Virus record (IMG/VR): IMGVR_UViG_3300027740_000116 | Span: 1-45,570 of that record | Source: a virus | Taxonomy: Duplodnaviria; Caudoviricetes | Direction: 5' to 3' (one strand) | Length of the DNA: 45,570 nt | Shown here: positions 8,542 through 15,828 of the stretch, in pieces | Layout: every line of letters begins with the position of its first letter | Position numbering within the stretch: the first letter of the stretch is position 1 | Made by a program: the position numbers and the translations under genes | Notes under the pieces: model-generated | The model's database searches: none | What the model was told of the DNA's origin: nothing | What the model saw: only the letters and a program-made list of their open reading frames with translations

Positions 8542-8910
8542 CTATTCGTCCTTGAGCAGTTCGAGCAGCTCAGGCTCGTCCAGAAGTTCGGAGGGCGGCG
8601 CGGGCGGCCTCAGGCCGTGCCGCCGCATGATGTTGATGCACTCGATCAGGAATTTCCACAAAGCCTTGTAGCGGGTCCGCAGGGTGAGAAGAGCACTCTT
8701 GACCTCCGCCAGCTCCTGTTTGATCTTGAGCAGCTCGTCGGATAACTCCCCCACCTTACAGACCAGCTCCTGGAATGTCTCGATGTCCACCGCGTTGGCG
8801 TTCGACAGGTCGACCCTGGCGCTGGCTTTACTCTGCCCGCGGTTGCCGAACAGGACGATCAGAGCGACGATCACAGTGGCAACGGCCTGGATCAGGTCGC
8901 TATCACTCAT
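8542..8910 (-). CDS. Single-TM coiled-coil protein (holin/lysis accessory)
   Basis: N-terminal TM followed by a coiled coil and P-rich end; directly upstream of the lysin. Confidence 0.65.
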   Translation of the reverse strand: MSDSDLIQAVATVIVALIVLFGNRGQSKASARVDLSNANAVDIETFQELVCKVGELSDELLKIKQELAEVKSALLTLRTRYKALWKFLIECINIMRRHGLRPPAPPSELLDEPELLELLKDE

Positions 8911-9139
8911 ATTTCGCCACCGTGATGATGTACAGCAGGATGATCGTCTGGAAGAACGGACTGATGTCCGATCCCCGGACCAGCCCGAGCAGGACCGCGG
9001 CGTAAAAAACAGCAAAATAGAACGAGATCGCAAACCCCGACCAGAGCAGTCCGCGCCGCTCCGGCCTCTTCCTGGATTTATCCCAGTTGACAATCATCGC
9101 AGCCATTGCGACGAGAAGATTGACTACAACCCATATCAT
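8903..9139 (-). CDS. Small multi-TM protein (holin-like)
   Basis: 78 aa with three hydrophobic segments, in the lysis cassette. Confidence 0.6.
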   Translation of the reverse strand: MIWVVVNLLVAMAAMIVNWDKSRKRPERRGLLWSGFAISFYFAVFYAAVLLGLVRGSDISPFFQTIILLYIITVAKYE

Positions 9140-9147
9140 GTGAAGTT

Positions 9148-9179
9148 CAGGCGCCCCTGCCTTCCGCCCGGGGCGCCTG
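9148..9179. terminator. Intergenic hairpin in the lysis cassette
   Basis: CAGGCGCCCC...GGGGCGCCTG 10-bp stem. Confidence 0.4.
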
Positions 9180-9190
9180 CCATAACTTTG

Positions 9191-9577
9191 TTATTTGAAT
9201 GCCCTGACGCCGCGTTCCTTGAGTTTCACGAACACCAGCACCAGCGCAACCAGCTCGAGGATCAGGGTAATAGCCGCAACCGCCACACCGGCATACGCGT
9301 CCGGCACGGCGTTCTGGATCAAGCCGATCAACTCGGCTGCCAGCACCAGGGAGAACGGCATCCTGAACTCTTCCAGCCATTTCAGGAATGGGACCAGCTC
9401 GACGAGTTTCGCCAGGAAGAAGGCGACCACCGCGACCACAAGCGCCGTGATGCGGATCTTCGCGTCCTCCGGCAACTCCACGAATTGCGCGACTCCCTGC
9501 GCCGGGGAGCACGCCGACAGAAACAAAACACCGATCGCCATTGCCGCGAACACGAACAGGGACTTGACAACTTTCAT
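9191..9577 (-). CDS. Holin-like membrane protein with lipobox-like N-terminus
   Basis: AAGGAG RBS; signal-like segment ending LSAC followed by three TM helices and a basic C-terminus. Confidence 0.65.
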   Translation of the reverse strand: MKVVKSLFVFAAMAIGVLFLSACSPAQGVAQFVELPEDAKIRITALVVAVVAFFLAKLVELVPFLKWLEEFRMPFSLVLAAELIGLIQNAVPDAYAGVAVAAITLILELVALVLVFVKLKERGVRAFK

Positions 9578-9794
9578 GAGATACTCCTTTCAGAACTTGA
9601 TGCACCCACTCGCCCATAAAATAAAGAGCAGTAACAGGGCGAAGAGCAGCCAGGCGGCCAGGGTGCGGAGGACACAGGCTTTCATCTCAAACAAAAACGG
9701 GCGCGCAATTTCGGATTTCTCCGAAACTACACGCCCGCAAGCGAACGTTTCAAGATCACGTGCAAGCACGCAACCAGCTCAGTTGTCCACGCGC

Positions 9795-9803
9795 ATTATA
9801 GCA
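9795..9803 (-). promoter_or_regulatory. Extended -10 promoter upstream of the lysis genes
   Basis: TGcTATAAT on the minus strand in the intergenic gap. Confidence 0.45.
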
Positions 9804-9814
9804 TAACGCAAGCC

Positions 9815-10201
9815 TTACTGGCCACGTTCTACAACTTGCTTTCGGGTGACACCGCACTTACAGACATCGCTATCAACAAATTCATGGGCGTGGAGAGCCG
9901 GCCGCTGCACGTTAGGCTCCAAACAAATGGCATTACCATTGTGGGCGGCTTTCCATGAATCAAAAGCCTTTTGCAGATTCATCCAAAAATCAACAGATAT
10001 GCCGAAGGCGCGGGATAAGCCAAAGGCGATGATCGGTATAACAGGTTGCTTGCACTCGACTAGGTTTCTCACAATATCTTCAGGAACATGAGGGGACCTC
10101 ATTTGCCTTGCTAGCTCGGCAACATCCCAACCGCGCGCTTCCATTTCATCTTTCACAAATTCACCTGGGTGAAAACATTGTGCAGGGATTCTTTTTTTCA
10201 T
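9815..10201 (-). CDS. higA: HigA/VapI-like antitoxin (XRE HTH) with C-terminal extension
   Basis: HPGEFVKDEMEARGWDVAELARQM...AFGISVDFWMNLQKAFD signature. Confidence 0.8.
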   Translation of the reverse strand: MKKRIPAQCFHPGEFVKDEMEARGWDVAELARQMRSPHVPEDIVRNLVECKQPVIPIIAFGLSRAFGISVDFWMNLQKAFDSWKAAHNGNAICLEPNVQRPALHAHEFVDSDVCKCGVTRKQVVERGQ

Positions 10202-10482
10202 AATTCACCTCTCCTGGGGTCTGCGTCGTCTTTGATCTCCATCTGGTAGCCAGAACTTGCGGCGGCGAACGTCCGCAGCAGCCGGCGCTCAATGGCCTCC
10301 GCCACCTTCCAGGCCTTGTGTGCATCCTCGGCAGCCTTGCGCGCGGCTTCCAGGCTGTGCGTGACTTTCAGCACAAGGTCATACTCAGCCAGGACCGCCT
10401 CCAGGCATTTCCTGATCTTCGCCGTGGAGGTGGAGTCCGGGCCGTTCAACTCCAGTTGTTCTTTGTCGGTAGGGAGGGACAT
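10198..10482 (-). CDS. Hypothetical helical protein
   Basis: GGAG RBS; ATGA-coupled to the higA-like gene. Confidence 0.65.
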   Translation of the reverse strand: MSLPTDKEQLELNGPDSTSTAKIRKCLEAVLAEYDLVLKVTHSLEAARKAAEDAHKAWKVAEAIERRLLRTFAAASSGYQMEIKDDADPRRGEL

Positions 10483-10512
10483 AATAACTCCGATGATGAA
10501 AACGACGCGCGC

Positions 10513-10540
10513 ATTGTAGGACTGATTGGGCAGATGTCAA
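10513..10540 (-). promoter_or_regulatory. Sigma70-type promoter
   Basis: TTGACA (10540-10535), 16 bp, TACAAT (10518-10513). Confidence 0.65.
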
Positions 10541-10561
10541 TACAACCAGCCTGCCAAAAAG

Positions 10562-10783
10562 TTACAGCAGGGCTTTCGCGTGCGCTTCCGGGTAACAAAA
10601 CTGCCACAACGACGACCTGATCATCTCAGGCGGATACTCATAATAAACCACGCCGCTTACTGGAGTTTCCTGACAATCCAGTTTCACAACGCACAAATCC
10701 AGATCGATGTCAATAATCTCGCCCGGGAAGTCGCCTTCCCTAAGAAGTGTATTTAGAATTACTCTCTCACCTATTTTTTTCAT
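10562..10783 (-). CDS. Hypothetical protein
   Basis: AGGAG RBS; 73 aa. Confidence 0.6.
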   Translation of the reverse strand: MKKIGERVILNTLLREGDFPGEIIDIDLDLCVVKLDCQETPVSGVVYYEYPPEMIRSSLWQFCYPEAHAKALL

Positions 10784-10856
10784 GAAAACTCCTAAGAAAT
10801 AATCTTCCCGGCTTCCGCCATGATGATCGATGCCATGCACGGGCAGCCGCCAGCAC

Positions 10857-11501
10857 TCAAACCAATACCAATCCGCCGATATTGACGTCGCCCAATGCGC
10901 ACTCTTCGCAAAGCGTGATCTCGACCGATTCCATCATCGGCAAAGTCATGTCTTCATCTGGTCCCATGACTTGGGCAAGCACAACATCGCCGTCCAGCAT
11001 TGCTGCCAATCCGTCCTGTCGCTTGACCGCGCGCAAGTCAATCATGTGCCGTTCGACCTTGAGCACCCAGAAGCCAGGCAGGCCGGTGTGTCCGATCTTC
11101 TTCCCGCAATTTGAGCAGGTTGTATGTTTCCGTAATTCTTCCTCTTTCACTTCAACCTTCGCTTTCTTCAAATTCCGCTCAAGCCGGTTTGCTTGCGCGC
11201 GGGTTACTTTGATAGGGTTAGGACTCATCTCTATCATTGCCTTTCTCGTATCTCTCACCATCCTGCTGATCGCCTTCTGGATCGGCGTGCGTTTCCGGCG
11301 CTCCACCAGCCCGAGCGCGCGCAGGATCTTCCGTTCCTTCGGCAGCCACGCCCCGCCCGAGTTCGCGATCCGATTCAACGTCGCAAAGTTGACACGGTTC
11401 CGGTAGTCTTCCCGGGCGATCGCACGCCAGGAACGCCCGGAGCGATTTTCGCTCAGGAGCCGTTCTGCGAGGTCGAAGGCAGGAACAGTCAGGGTCGGCA
11501 T
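10857..11501 (-). CDS. HTH protein fused to a Zn-binding-like domain
   Basis: GRSWRAIARE...VNFATLNRIA HTH-like N-terminus; CSNC...CEEC C-terminus. Confidence 0.6.
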   Translation of the reverse strand: MPTLTVPAFDLAERLLSENRSGRSWRAIAREDYRNRVNFATLNRIANSGGAWLPKERKILRALGLVERRKRTPIQKAISRMVRDTRKAMIEMSPNPIKVTRAQANRLERNLKKAKVEVKEEELRKHTTCSNCGKKIGHTGLPGFWVLKVERHMIDLRAVKRQDGLAAMLDGDVVLAQVMGPDEDMTLPMMESVEITLCEECALGDVNIGGLVLV

Positions 11502-11556
11502 AGTAGGCAAATGTAACGCCCGTTACAGTGGCAAGGCGGGGTTTGCAGCGTCGATT

Positions 11557-11709
11557 TCACAGTTGCCTCAGCGTCATTTCGACCAGCCGGCGATTGACCG
11601 GCTCGAGACCATCCGGCGGAACCGTCCCGCGCGCCTTCTCCACGTCATAGATGAACTTCGCCATATCGGCGAGCATCACACAAAAGACCAGGGCTTGCAG
11701 GAAGTTCAT
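11557..11709 (-). CDS. Small hypothetical protein
   Basis: 50 aa (MNFLQALVFC...), ATGA-coupled. Confidence 0.4.
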   Translation of the reverse strand: MNFLQALVFCVMLADMAKFIYDVEKARGTVPPDGLEPVNRRLVEMTLRQL

Positions 11710-12059
11710 TTCGCCTCGCACCTTTTCCGCTCGGGGTTATCGTCTGTGCAGCCGCGCCAGATGTAACCGCCATCGATCTCGCACCAGTTGCCAACACAGA
11801 CGCCTTCCCGGCAGTCGCCGCGCCGCAGGCTTCCGACCACCGCGCCGTCCGGCTCGCTGCGGATGTAAACGTCGCCAACAATTGCCAACAGTCTGGCGGG
11901 GGAAAGTGTTGGCACTTCCGTCGGGGCGGGGGGGACTGCCAACACTCCGGCGGTCGGGGTGGGGGAAAGTGTTGGCACGACGCCGGTGATCGCCGGCACG
12001 ATCTCGGGAGAACATGCCGCGAGTGCCAACACTCCCAGGAAGATGATAAGGTACTTCAT
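11706..12059 (-). CDS. Lipoprotein with P/T-rich linker and bacterial SH3-like domain
   Basis: MKYLIIFLGVLALAAC lipobox; VYIRSEPDGAVVGSLRRGD...GNWCEIDGGYIW SH3b pattern. Confidence 0.75.
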   Translation of the reverse strand: MKYLIIFLGVLALAACSPEIVPAITGVVPTLSPTPTAGVLAVPPAPTEVPTLSPARLLAIVGDVYIRSEPDGAVVGSLRRGDCREGVCVGNWCEIDGGYIWRGCTDDNPERKRCEAK

Positions 12060-12328
12060 GGGGCTGCCAACACTTTCTCGTCTGTTGGCAAAACCTCAGC
12101 CAACACAATGCCAACAGTCGGATTCCACTCGGCGCCGCCAAAAATAACCACGACCACCGGATCGCCGTCCTGGTCCTTAGCCGTCACGATCTTCGCCAGC
12201 CCGCGCTTCTGGAGTTCCAGCAGCGGGGACGAGGCCAACGCCAGCAAGACTTCTGTGGGCTCTTCGCCATCTTTCATACGCGGCGCGGTAGAGCTCGAAT
12301 TCTGCGGGGTGGTTCCTTTTACCGACAT
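12056..12328 (-). CDS. Hypothetical protein
   Basis: AAGGAG RBS before ATG 12328 (alternative ATG 12277); ATGA-coupled to the lipoprotein gene; overlaps the upstream ORF. Confidence 0.5.
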   Translation of the reverse strand: MSVKGTTPQNSSSTAPRMKDGEEPTEVLLALASSPLLELQKRGLAKIVTAKDQDGDPVVVVIFGGAEWNPTVGIVLAEVLPTDEKVLAAP

Positions 12329-12587
12329 ATCTGGTCTCCTTCCTGTCCTTGTTCCTTTGGCGCCAGCACACTCCGCGCAGTTCGCCAGTGTTGGCAATGA
12401 TGCGCCACTCCCGGCGGTCAAGTGTTGGCAGTTCCTTCCCATTGCCAACACTTTTTATATCGGTCAGGTTCAAAGTGTTGGCAATGTCGAAACCGAATAC
12501 CTCCGCCGCCCCTACCCTCGGCGCGGAGGCCGGATAGGGTCCGGCGGGACTGTTGGCACTTTCGACTTCCGCTCGAAGTCCTGCCAA
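12177..12587 (-). CDS. Small basic, putative nucleic-acid-binding protein
   Basis: EWRII...VCWRQRNKDRKETRYVGK resembles the W-R...R-Y-(V/L)-G-K beta-sheet DNA-binding pattern; start uncertain. Confidence 0.5.
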   Translation of the reverse strand: MAGLRAEVESANSPAGPYPASAPRVGAAEVFGFDIANTLNLTDIKSVGNGKELPTLDRREWRIIANTGELRGVCWRQRNKDRKETRYVGKRNHPAEFELYRAAYERWRRAHRSLAGVGLVPAAGTPEARAGEDRDG

Positions 12588-13198
12588 CTCTTCTCGCCCT
12601 GCAACTCTCCGAGGATGGGAGCGTTGATCTCCGCCAGTTCCTTGTAGCGCTTCGCCCGGGCCTCCGCCATGCTCTTCTGCGCGTTGGCGTCCGCCTGCCT
12701 GATTGCCTTCTCCGCCTCCCTATTCGTCTTGGCAATGCTGCGCCGCAGGCTTGCCTCTTCGCTGAAGAAATAATGCAGCGTTGCCAGCACTCCCTGGAAG
12801 ACTGCCAGGAACGGCACGACGTACACGACCGTCTTCTGCGCCCACTCCGGGACCATCGCAAAAACGGTGAAGATATCCAGGCTGGCGTTCCGGACGATAA
12901 TAGTCACAGATGCCAGGTCGGTCACGGCGATCGAACCCCAAGCGAGGAGCGTCCCCAGAACCGCGGCGGTCGCCTGGACCTTGTTGCCGAAGTCCTCGAT
13001 CCGGCTCGCCCAGTACAGGCTCGCCCCCTCTGCCAGCAGGACCAGGGCAATCACATACAGCCAGTTGCCGGTGTACGACCAGGCGGCGTAGCCGGTCAGG
13101 CAGCCGGTGACGGTCAGGGCGGCATACCGCAGCCAGTGGCGCGCGAGCCCGCTCCAGAAGTTGTTCCACTTGCTGTCTACCTGATTCATTGTTTCCAT
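12512..13198 (-). CDS. Multi-TM membrane protein with C-terminal coiled coil
   Basis: AAAGGA RBS; about 4 TM segments followed by an A/K/E/R-rich helix. Confidence 0.75.
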   Translation of the reverse strand: METMNQVDSKWNNFWSGLARHWLRYAALTVTGCLTGYAAWSYTGNWLYVIALVLLAEGASLYWASRIEDFGNKVQATAAVLGTLLAWGSIAVTDLASVTIIVRNASLDIFTVFAMVPEWAQKTVVYVVPFLAVFQGVLATLHYFFSEEASLRRSIAKTNREAEKAIRQADANAQKSMAEARAKRYKELAEINAPILGELQGEKSWQDFERKSKVPTVPPDPIRPPRRG

Positions 13199-13209
13199 AA
13201 AATTCCTTT

Positions 13210-13410
13210 CTACTTGGAGGCTAAATAGGTTATGAGAAGCGCTATTGCCGCGAGCCAGGTGAGCAGGCGCATCCGCATGTTGTACTTCCCCGGCTCGTCT
13301 TTTTTGACCGGTCGCGTGATCTTCACAGCGCACACCGCACCGCAGTCACAAGTCGTCTCGCCATCGACGAGGCGGGCAGGCTTACCGCAGGCAGGGCAAA
13401 AGACGTTCAT
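13210..13410 (-). CDS. Small Zn-ribbon protein with C-terminal TM
   Basis: CPAC...CDC; AGGAG RBS. Confidence 0.55.
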   Translation of the reverse strand: MNVFCPACGKPARLVDGETTCDCGAVCAVKITRPVKKDEPGKYNMRMRLLTWLAAIALLITYLASK

Positions 13411-13421
13411 GGGTCTCCTAG

Positions 13422-13545
13422 CGGCTTAGATTAGCGGCTTGGGCGTATTGCAGAACTCGCAATACTCATGCCACATCGGCGGACGCGGAACAAAGTGGTG
13501 ATCGCAGGCGCGTAAGCCCAAGTCCGCCTGCGCGCTTTGTTGGGC
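13422..13545 (-). other. attC-like integron recombination site
   Basis: R'' GCCCAAC, GCGCAGGCGGAC-TTGGGC ... GCCCAA-GCCGCTAA, 8 nt, then G|CT. Confidence 0.6.
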
Positions 13546-13662
13546 GGACTGCTCTAACTGCGAAATCCTTTCAAGCAGAAACCCTACCAACTGGCGACGG
13601 AATAAATTCTGCCCTGCTTGAAATTTCTCCTCAATCTCTTTTACGTGTTCACGAAGATTCAT
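13426..13662 (-). CDS. Hypothetical protein whose 3' end is an attC-like hairpin
   Basis: 78 aa; C-terminal SAQQSAQADLG...CEFC encoded within the attC-like site. Confidence 0.6.
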   Translation of the reverse strand: MNLREHVKEIEEKFQAGQNLFRRQLVGFLLERISQLEQSAQQSAQADLGLRACDHHFVPRPPMWHEYCEFCNTPKPLI

Positions 13663-13922
13663 TGATTACCTTCTTCCTGGGCGGACCGCCCAAACGGCAG
13701 CGGGCGCAGCGGGTGTTCGGCGTCATAGTGTTTGCGGGCGAAATTGTATAGCGCCCGGATACTTGACCGATATGCAAGCGCGCGCCAATCACCCATGCGG
13801 GTGATTTTGCATTCGTATCCCTCATCGATAGAAATCCAGTTCCGAAACAAGGCGTATCCATGTTCCTGCAACCACCGGATTTCTTCAACTGTCAATGCGT
13901 TTCTAGGTAATCTCTTTTTCAT
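13659..13922 (-). CDS. Hypothetical protein (possible cassette gene)
   Basis: 87 aa from MKKRL; preceded by GTTGGGC; start uncertain. Confidence 0.55.
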   Translation of the reverse strand: MKKRLPRNALTVEEIRWLQEHGYALFRNWISIDEGYECKITRMGDWRALAYRSSIRALYNFARKHYDAEHPLRPLPFGRSAQEEGNQ

Positions 13923-14070
13923 AATGCTGCCCAACTCATGCTTTCTTCGGTTCACAGACATCCCGCGTCCCAGCCGCGAAACCACTCCGAGCGTTCCGGC
14001 TCCACTGTGTATGGGTTGTTTCTGCGCGGGACTTCTGACAGACAAGCGTCGAAGCCTTCCTGAAACGGGG

Positions 14071-14385
14071 TCATGGCAGCAGACCTCGTATCTCAGTAAC
14101 TCGCGCGTCGATCACCTCGCCGTCTGTCAGCAACAGCGGGGGGTCGCTGTAGTCCAGCACCGGTCGCCTGCTCATCTCCGAAGCCAGGCGGCACATCTCC
14201 GCGTGGTTACGCTGATGCGCGTGCTCGTTCAGACGAGCGGCGCGGCGGGCAATGACGCCTGTGTCGTCCTGTACTTCGTGGACATGCCGCGTCTCGCTTT
14301 GCTCCGTGTGTCCGCGGGGGATAGACAACAGGACGGCAAACAAGATGGCAGCCAGTAAAAAAACAGGGATCCACAAATCACTCAT
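14071..14385 (-). CDS. Single-TM membrane protein
   Basis: MSDLWIPVFLLAAILFAVLL...; GAGG RBS. Confidence 0.6.
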   Translation of the reverse strand: MSDLWIPVFLLAAILFAVLLSIPRGHTEQSETRHVHEVQDDTGVIARRAARLNEHAHQRNHAEMCRLASEMSRRPVLDYSDPPLLLTDGEVIDARVTEIRGLLP

Positions 14386-14558
14386 CGCGCCCTCTTCTCC
14401 TGCCGGTAGATGATATCGAACACTACCGCCGTGAAGAGGATCAGGAACACTATGATGGCGATCGTCGCAATGTCCAGCTTGATCACAGCCAGCACAATGA
14501 GCGCCCACAGCAGGATCACTATAGGAGCCACAAAGAAACAGCCTCGTGAAAAGTTCAT
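14382..14558 (-). CDS. Small two-TM protein
   Basis: MNFSRGCFFVAPIVILLWALIVLAVIKLDIATIAIIVFLILF...; ATGA-coupled. Confidence 0.5.
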   Translation of the reverse strand: MNFSRGCFFVAPIVILLWALIVLAVIKLDIATIAIIVFLILFTAVVFDIIYRQEKRAR

Positions 14559-14571
14559 TCATCCCTGCCTT

Positions 14572-14736
14572 TCAAAACAACAGAATGACGATCACCACGG
14601 CAAGCAGCACGCCGAGTCCCAGGGCGACCCAGTTCCAGAAGCGCTCGGCTTTCGCGCACTCAGCTGCCTCCCGTTCCACTAGCCGGCGGCGGTCCTGCTC
14701 TTCGGACCTTGCAAGTTCATCGGTAGTGACTCCCAT
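14572..14736 (-). CDS. Small protein with C-terminal TM
   Basis: GAGGTG RBS; MGVTTDEL...WNWVALGLGVLLAVVIVILLF. Confidence 0.5.
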   Translation of the reverse strand: MGVTTDELARSEEQDRRRLVEREAAECAKAERFWNWVALGLGVLLAVVIVILLF

Positions 14737-15028
14737 GTTTCACCTCTGCCTTTCTTTTTGGGACATATTTCACCTCTTTCTCCGAGTGGGTCACATCCGC
14801 CTCGAACGGGTGGAAACTCCGGTTTTCAATCGGCTGCGCAGCCCGTGCGCTCGATGACCCAAAACCTTCGACGTAAAAGACCGGCACGACTTTCATGGGA
14901 TAGATGCCTATGGAGGTCGTCAGGGCGCCGACGTGATGCACGGTCAGTTTCTCGCCGCGCACCCGGACGGGATAGAGATCCAGCACAGGCTCTTCGACAA
15001 TCTCGTGGTGACAATAGGGGCAGATCAT
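14717..15028 (-). CDS. Hypothetical protein
   Basis: MICPYC...; TAATG-coupled to the DnaC-like gene. Confidence 0.5.
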   Translation of the reverse strand: MICPYCHHEIVEEPVLDLYPVRVRGEKLTVHHVGALTTSIGIYPMKVVPVFYVEGFGSSSARAAQPIENRSFHPFEADVTHSEKEVKYVPKRKAEVKHGSHYR

Positions 15029-15828
15029 TAGAACCTGTATCCTTCCGGCATGACGGCGCGCCCGTCCGAGCCATTCAGGTACACCACCGGACCCACCCGG
15101 CGGTCTTTCAGCCGGCTCTTGAGATAGCCGTCCAGCGCCGCGGCGCTGCTGTTGGAGGCGATCACGGTCAGCGCCTCCTCGCGGATCGCCCGCACGTAAC
15201 GCTGGTCGAGCAGTGTGAATAGCGTGCTCTCTGCCCACTCCGTCCCGTTGGCTTTGTCGAGCTCGTCCAGGAAAAGCACGTCGCGCGAAGACCACCATTC
15301 CATCCGGCGCAGGAGTTCGGTCGTCTTGTGCTCCTCGTCGAACGCCAGGCGGATATCATCCAGCACGACCGCCATGTTGGCGTACGCGGCGCGCCTGCCG
15401 TCCCGCAGGGCGGTCGCCGTCAGGATCTTGCCGATCAGGGTCTTGCCCTGCCCCCACGTGCCCCACAGAAAGATCATGCCGTACCCCCGCATGTATTGGG
15501 GGCGTACTTCCTCCACGGCTTTCAAGCCGTCCGAGATGTCCGGCAGGACCAGCTTCCAGTCCATGCCGAGTTCGTCTTCCTTCAACCCCATGCGGGAGTA
15601 GTCCGGCTTGTTCTGCGCCGCGAGCAGAGCCCGGCGCGTCTCGGTTGTGCAGGGGCAGATGAACCAGGTCCCCAGGGTCTCGGACTTCTTCCAGCCCCAG
15701 CCGTTGCAGCGTGTGCAGTCCTTGTCGGCGTCCGAGTGGGGCAGGGCGGGTCGCTCCGGGGCGCCGGGAGGATTGGCTTGCAGCTTCGCACGGAAGGCTG
15801 CTGCGAATTCTGAAAGTTGTGTGGTCAT
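15028..15828 (-). CDS. DnaC/IstB-like AAA+ helicase loader
   Basis: C..CNG.GW...CPC Zn motif; Walker A GTWGQGKT; Walker B LFLDELD; T.IASN and SRL motifs. Confidence 0.9.
   Translation of the reverse strand: MTTQLSEFAAAFRAKLQANPPGAPERPALPHSDADKDCTRCNGWGWKKSETLGTWFICPCTTETRRALLAAQNKPDYSRMGLKEDELGMDWKLVLPDISDGLKAVEEVRPQYMRGYGMIFLWGTWGQGKTLIGKILTATALRDGRRAAYANMAVVLDDIRLAFDEEHKTTELLRRMEWWSSRDVLFLDELDKANGTEWAESTLFTLLDQRYVRAIREEALTVIASNSSAAALDGYLKSRLKDRRVGPVVYLNGSDGRAVMPEGYRF

Larger units (their letters stand above)
11789..12590. repeat. Dense array of TGCCAACA / TGTTGGCA motifs (extended TGCCAACACTTT)
   Basis: 14 exact 8-mers counted by eye, in both orientations, plus near-matches; five exact 12-mers. 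Confidence 0.92.

Noticed and set aside
11789-12590. CRISPR array or tandem-repeat interpretation of the TGCCAACA cluster
   Set aside because: The motif is only 8-12 bp, irregularly spaced, in both orientations and inside coding sequence; no cas genes are present
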